From: Takakia lepidozioides
Taxonomy: Eukaryota > Plantae > Bryophyta
DNA length: 64,000 bases
Direction: 5' to 3'
Assembly: GCA_030704615.1 (NCBI GenBank)
Contig: CM060731.1
Coordinates: 65,534,001-65,598,000 of the forward strand
Shown: positions 63,306 to 64,000 of the stretch, one piece after another
Layout of the letters: each line of letters starts with the position of its first letter
Position numbering within the stretch: position 1 is the first letter of the stretch
Program-made: the position numbers and the translations under genes
The notes under the pieces: generated by a model
The model's database searches: none
What the model was told of the DNA's origin: nothing
Seen by the model: only the letters and a program-made list of their open reading frames with translations

Positions 63306-63632
63306 ATGGAGGTGGCTCTGAGGGATGTGGGCTTGGTGGAGCAAATCGTGCAGAGATTGGACGACGGCGTGGATAGGCACGTAGCAATGCTGATAAGCAA
63401 GGTGTGGAATGAGGCGGCTACAAAGAGTGTGCACACTGCACAAGCTAACGCTGCGCTCGCGAGAATTGCTAATGCGGTCCCGAGCATTGTTAACTTCACA
63501 ATTTCTCACAAAGTTCAGGCCTGTCATGCATCTCGATCTCTCCCAGTGCACTTGCACGACTTGGATCTGATTCTGGCTGCGTCGACCTTCCTTGAGTTGC
63601 GATCCCTGAAAATTAACTGGTGTATTTTATAG
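63306..63632 (+). pseudogene. F-box/LRR-like gene fragment
   Basis: LRDVGLVEQIVQRLDDGVDRHVAMLISKVW resembles a plant F-box; LELRSLKINWC resembles one LRR; early stop. Confidence 0.45.
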
Positions 63633-64000
63633 CAAAGAGTGAGATGGCAACAAGATTCGTTGTTGCTTGAGTACCTCAAGCTATTTTAGAAGGCTACATC
63701 TCTGGACCCTAAAACCCTCCAATATTAACGGTCCCATGTAAATCAAATAAGGGAGGCTCAACTTTATGGTTGCAAATGTGCTAGAATTCCAGATAAGTGT
63801 TATAATTTCCTACACTCCAAAAACTCAAACTAAACCAAAGACTCTAGGCACAAAACCCTAGGACATTCAACAAACAAAACTGCGGGTTTATATATACTTA
63901 TTCATTTGAAACCCAACATGTTAGTATAATTATGTGGAGGCGATTATAACATCCAACATGGACTGGTATATGTACTAGTATATGCAATGGTATTAGATAC

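Overview
Land-plant nuclear DNA, probably from a non-seed plant (inferred from the element types, not proven). The window is dominated by fragmented, nested transposons joined at abrupt junctions, with one 500-N gap. Host content: a tRNA-Phe(GAA) gene and a tRNA-Phe remnant, a 10-exon secreted class-3 lipase gene, a CSI1/POM2 fragment, a LEA-like exon and an F-box remnant. Mobile content: Ty3/gypsy pieces (one with a long extra ORF and a complete 3' LTR, one with a PHD-finger integrase tail), a CRE-type RLE non-LTR element, CACTA Tnp2 pieces with a 42-bp TIR pair, two Mutator-like transposases and large palindromic arrays. The most notable item is a spliced gene at 42279-47691, with four partial copies in the window. 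It joins an N-terminal ParB/Sulfiredoxin-like domain (VWDGNHRLLAW) to a C-terminal beta-class N4C/N6A DNA-methyltransferase-like domain. It carries clusters of a 24-bp palindrome in two introns and sits head-to-head with a MULE transposase, so it is a candidate transposon-borne DNA-marking or anti-silencing system. All domain calls are by-eye motif recognition; no searches were run.
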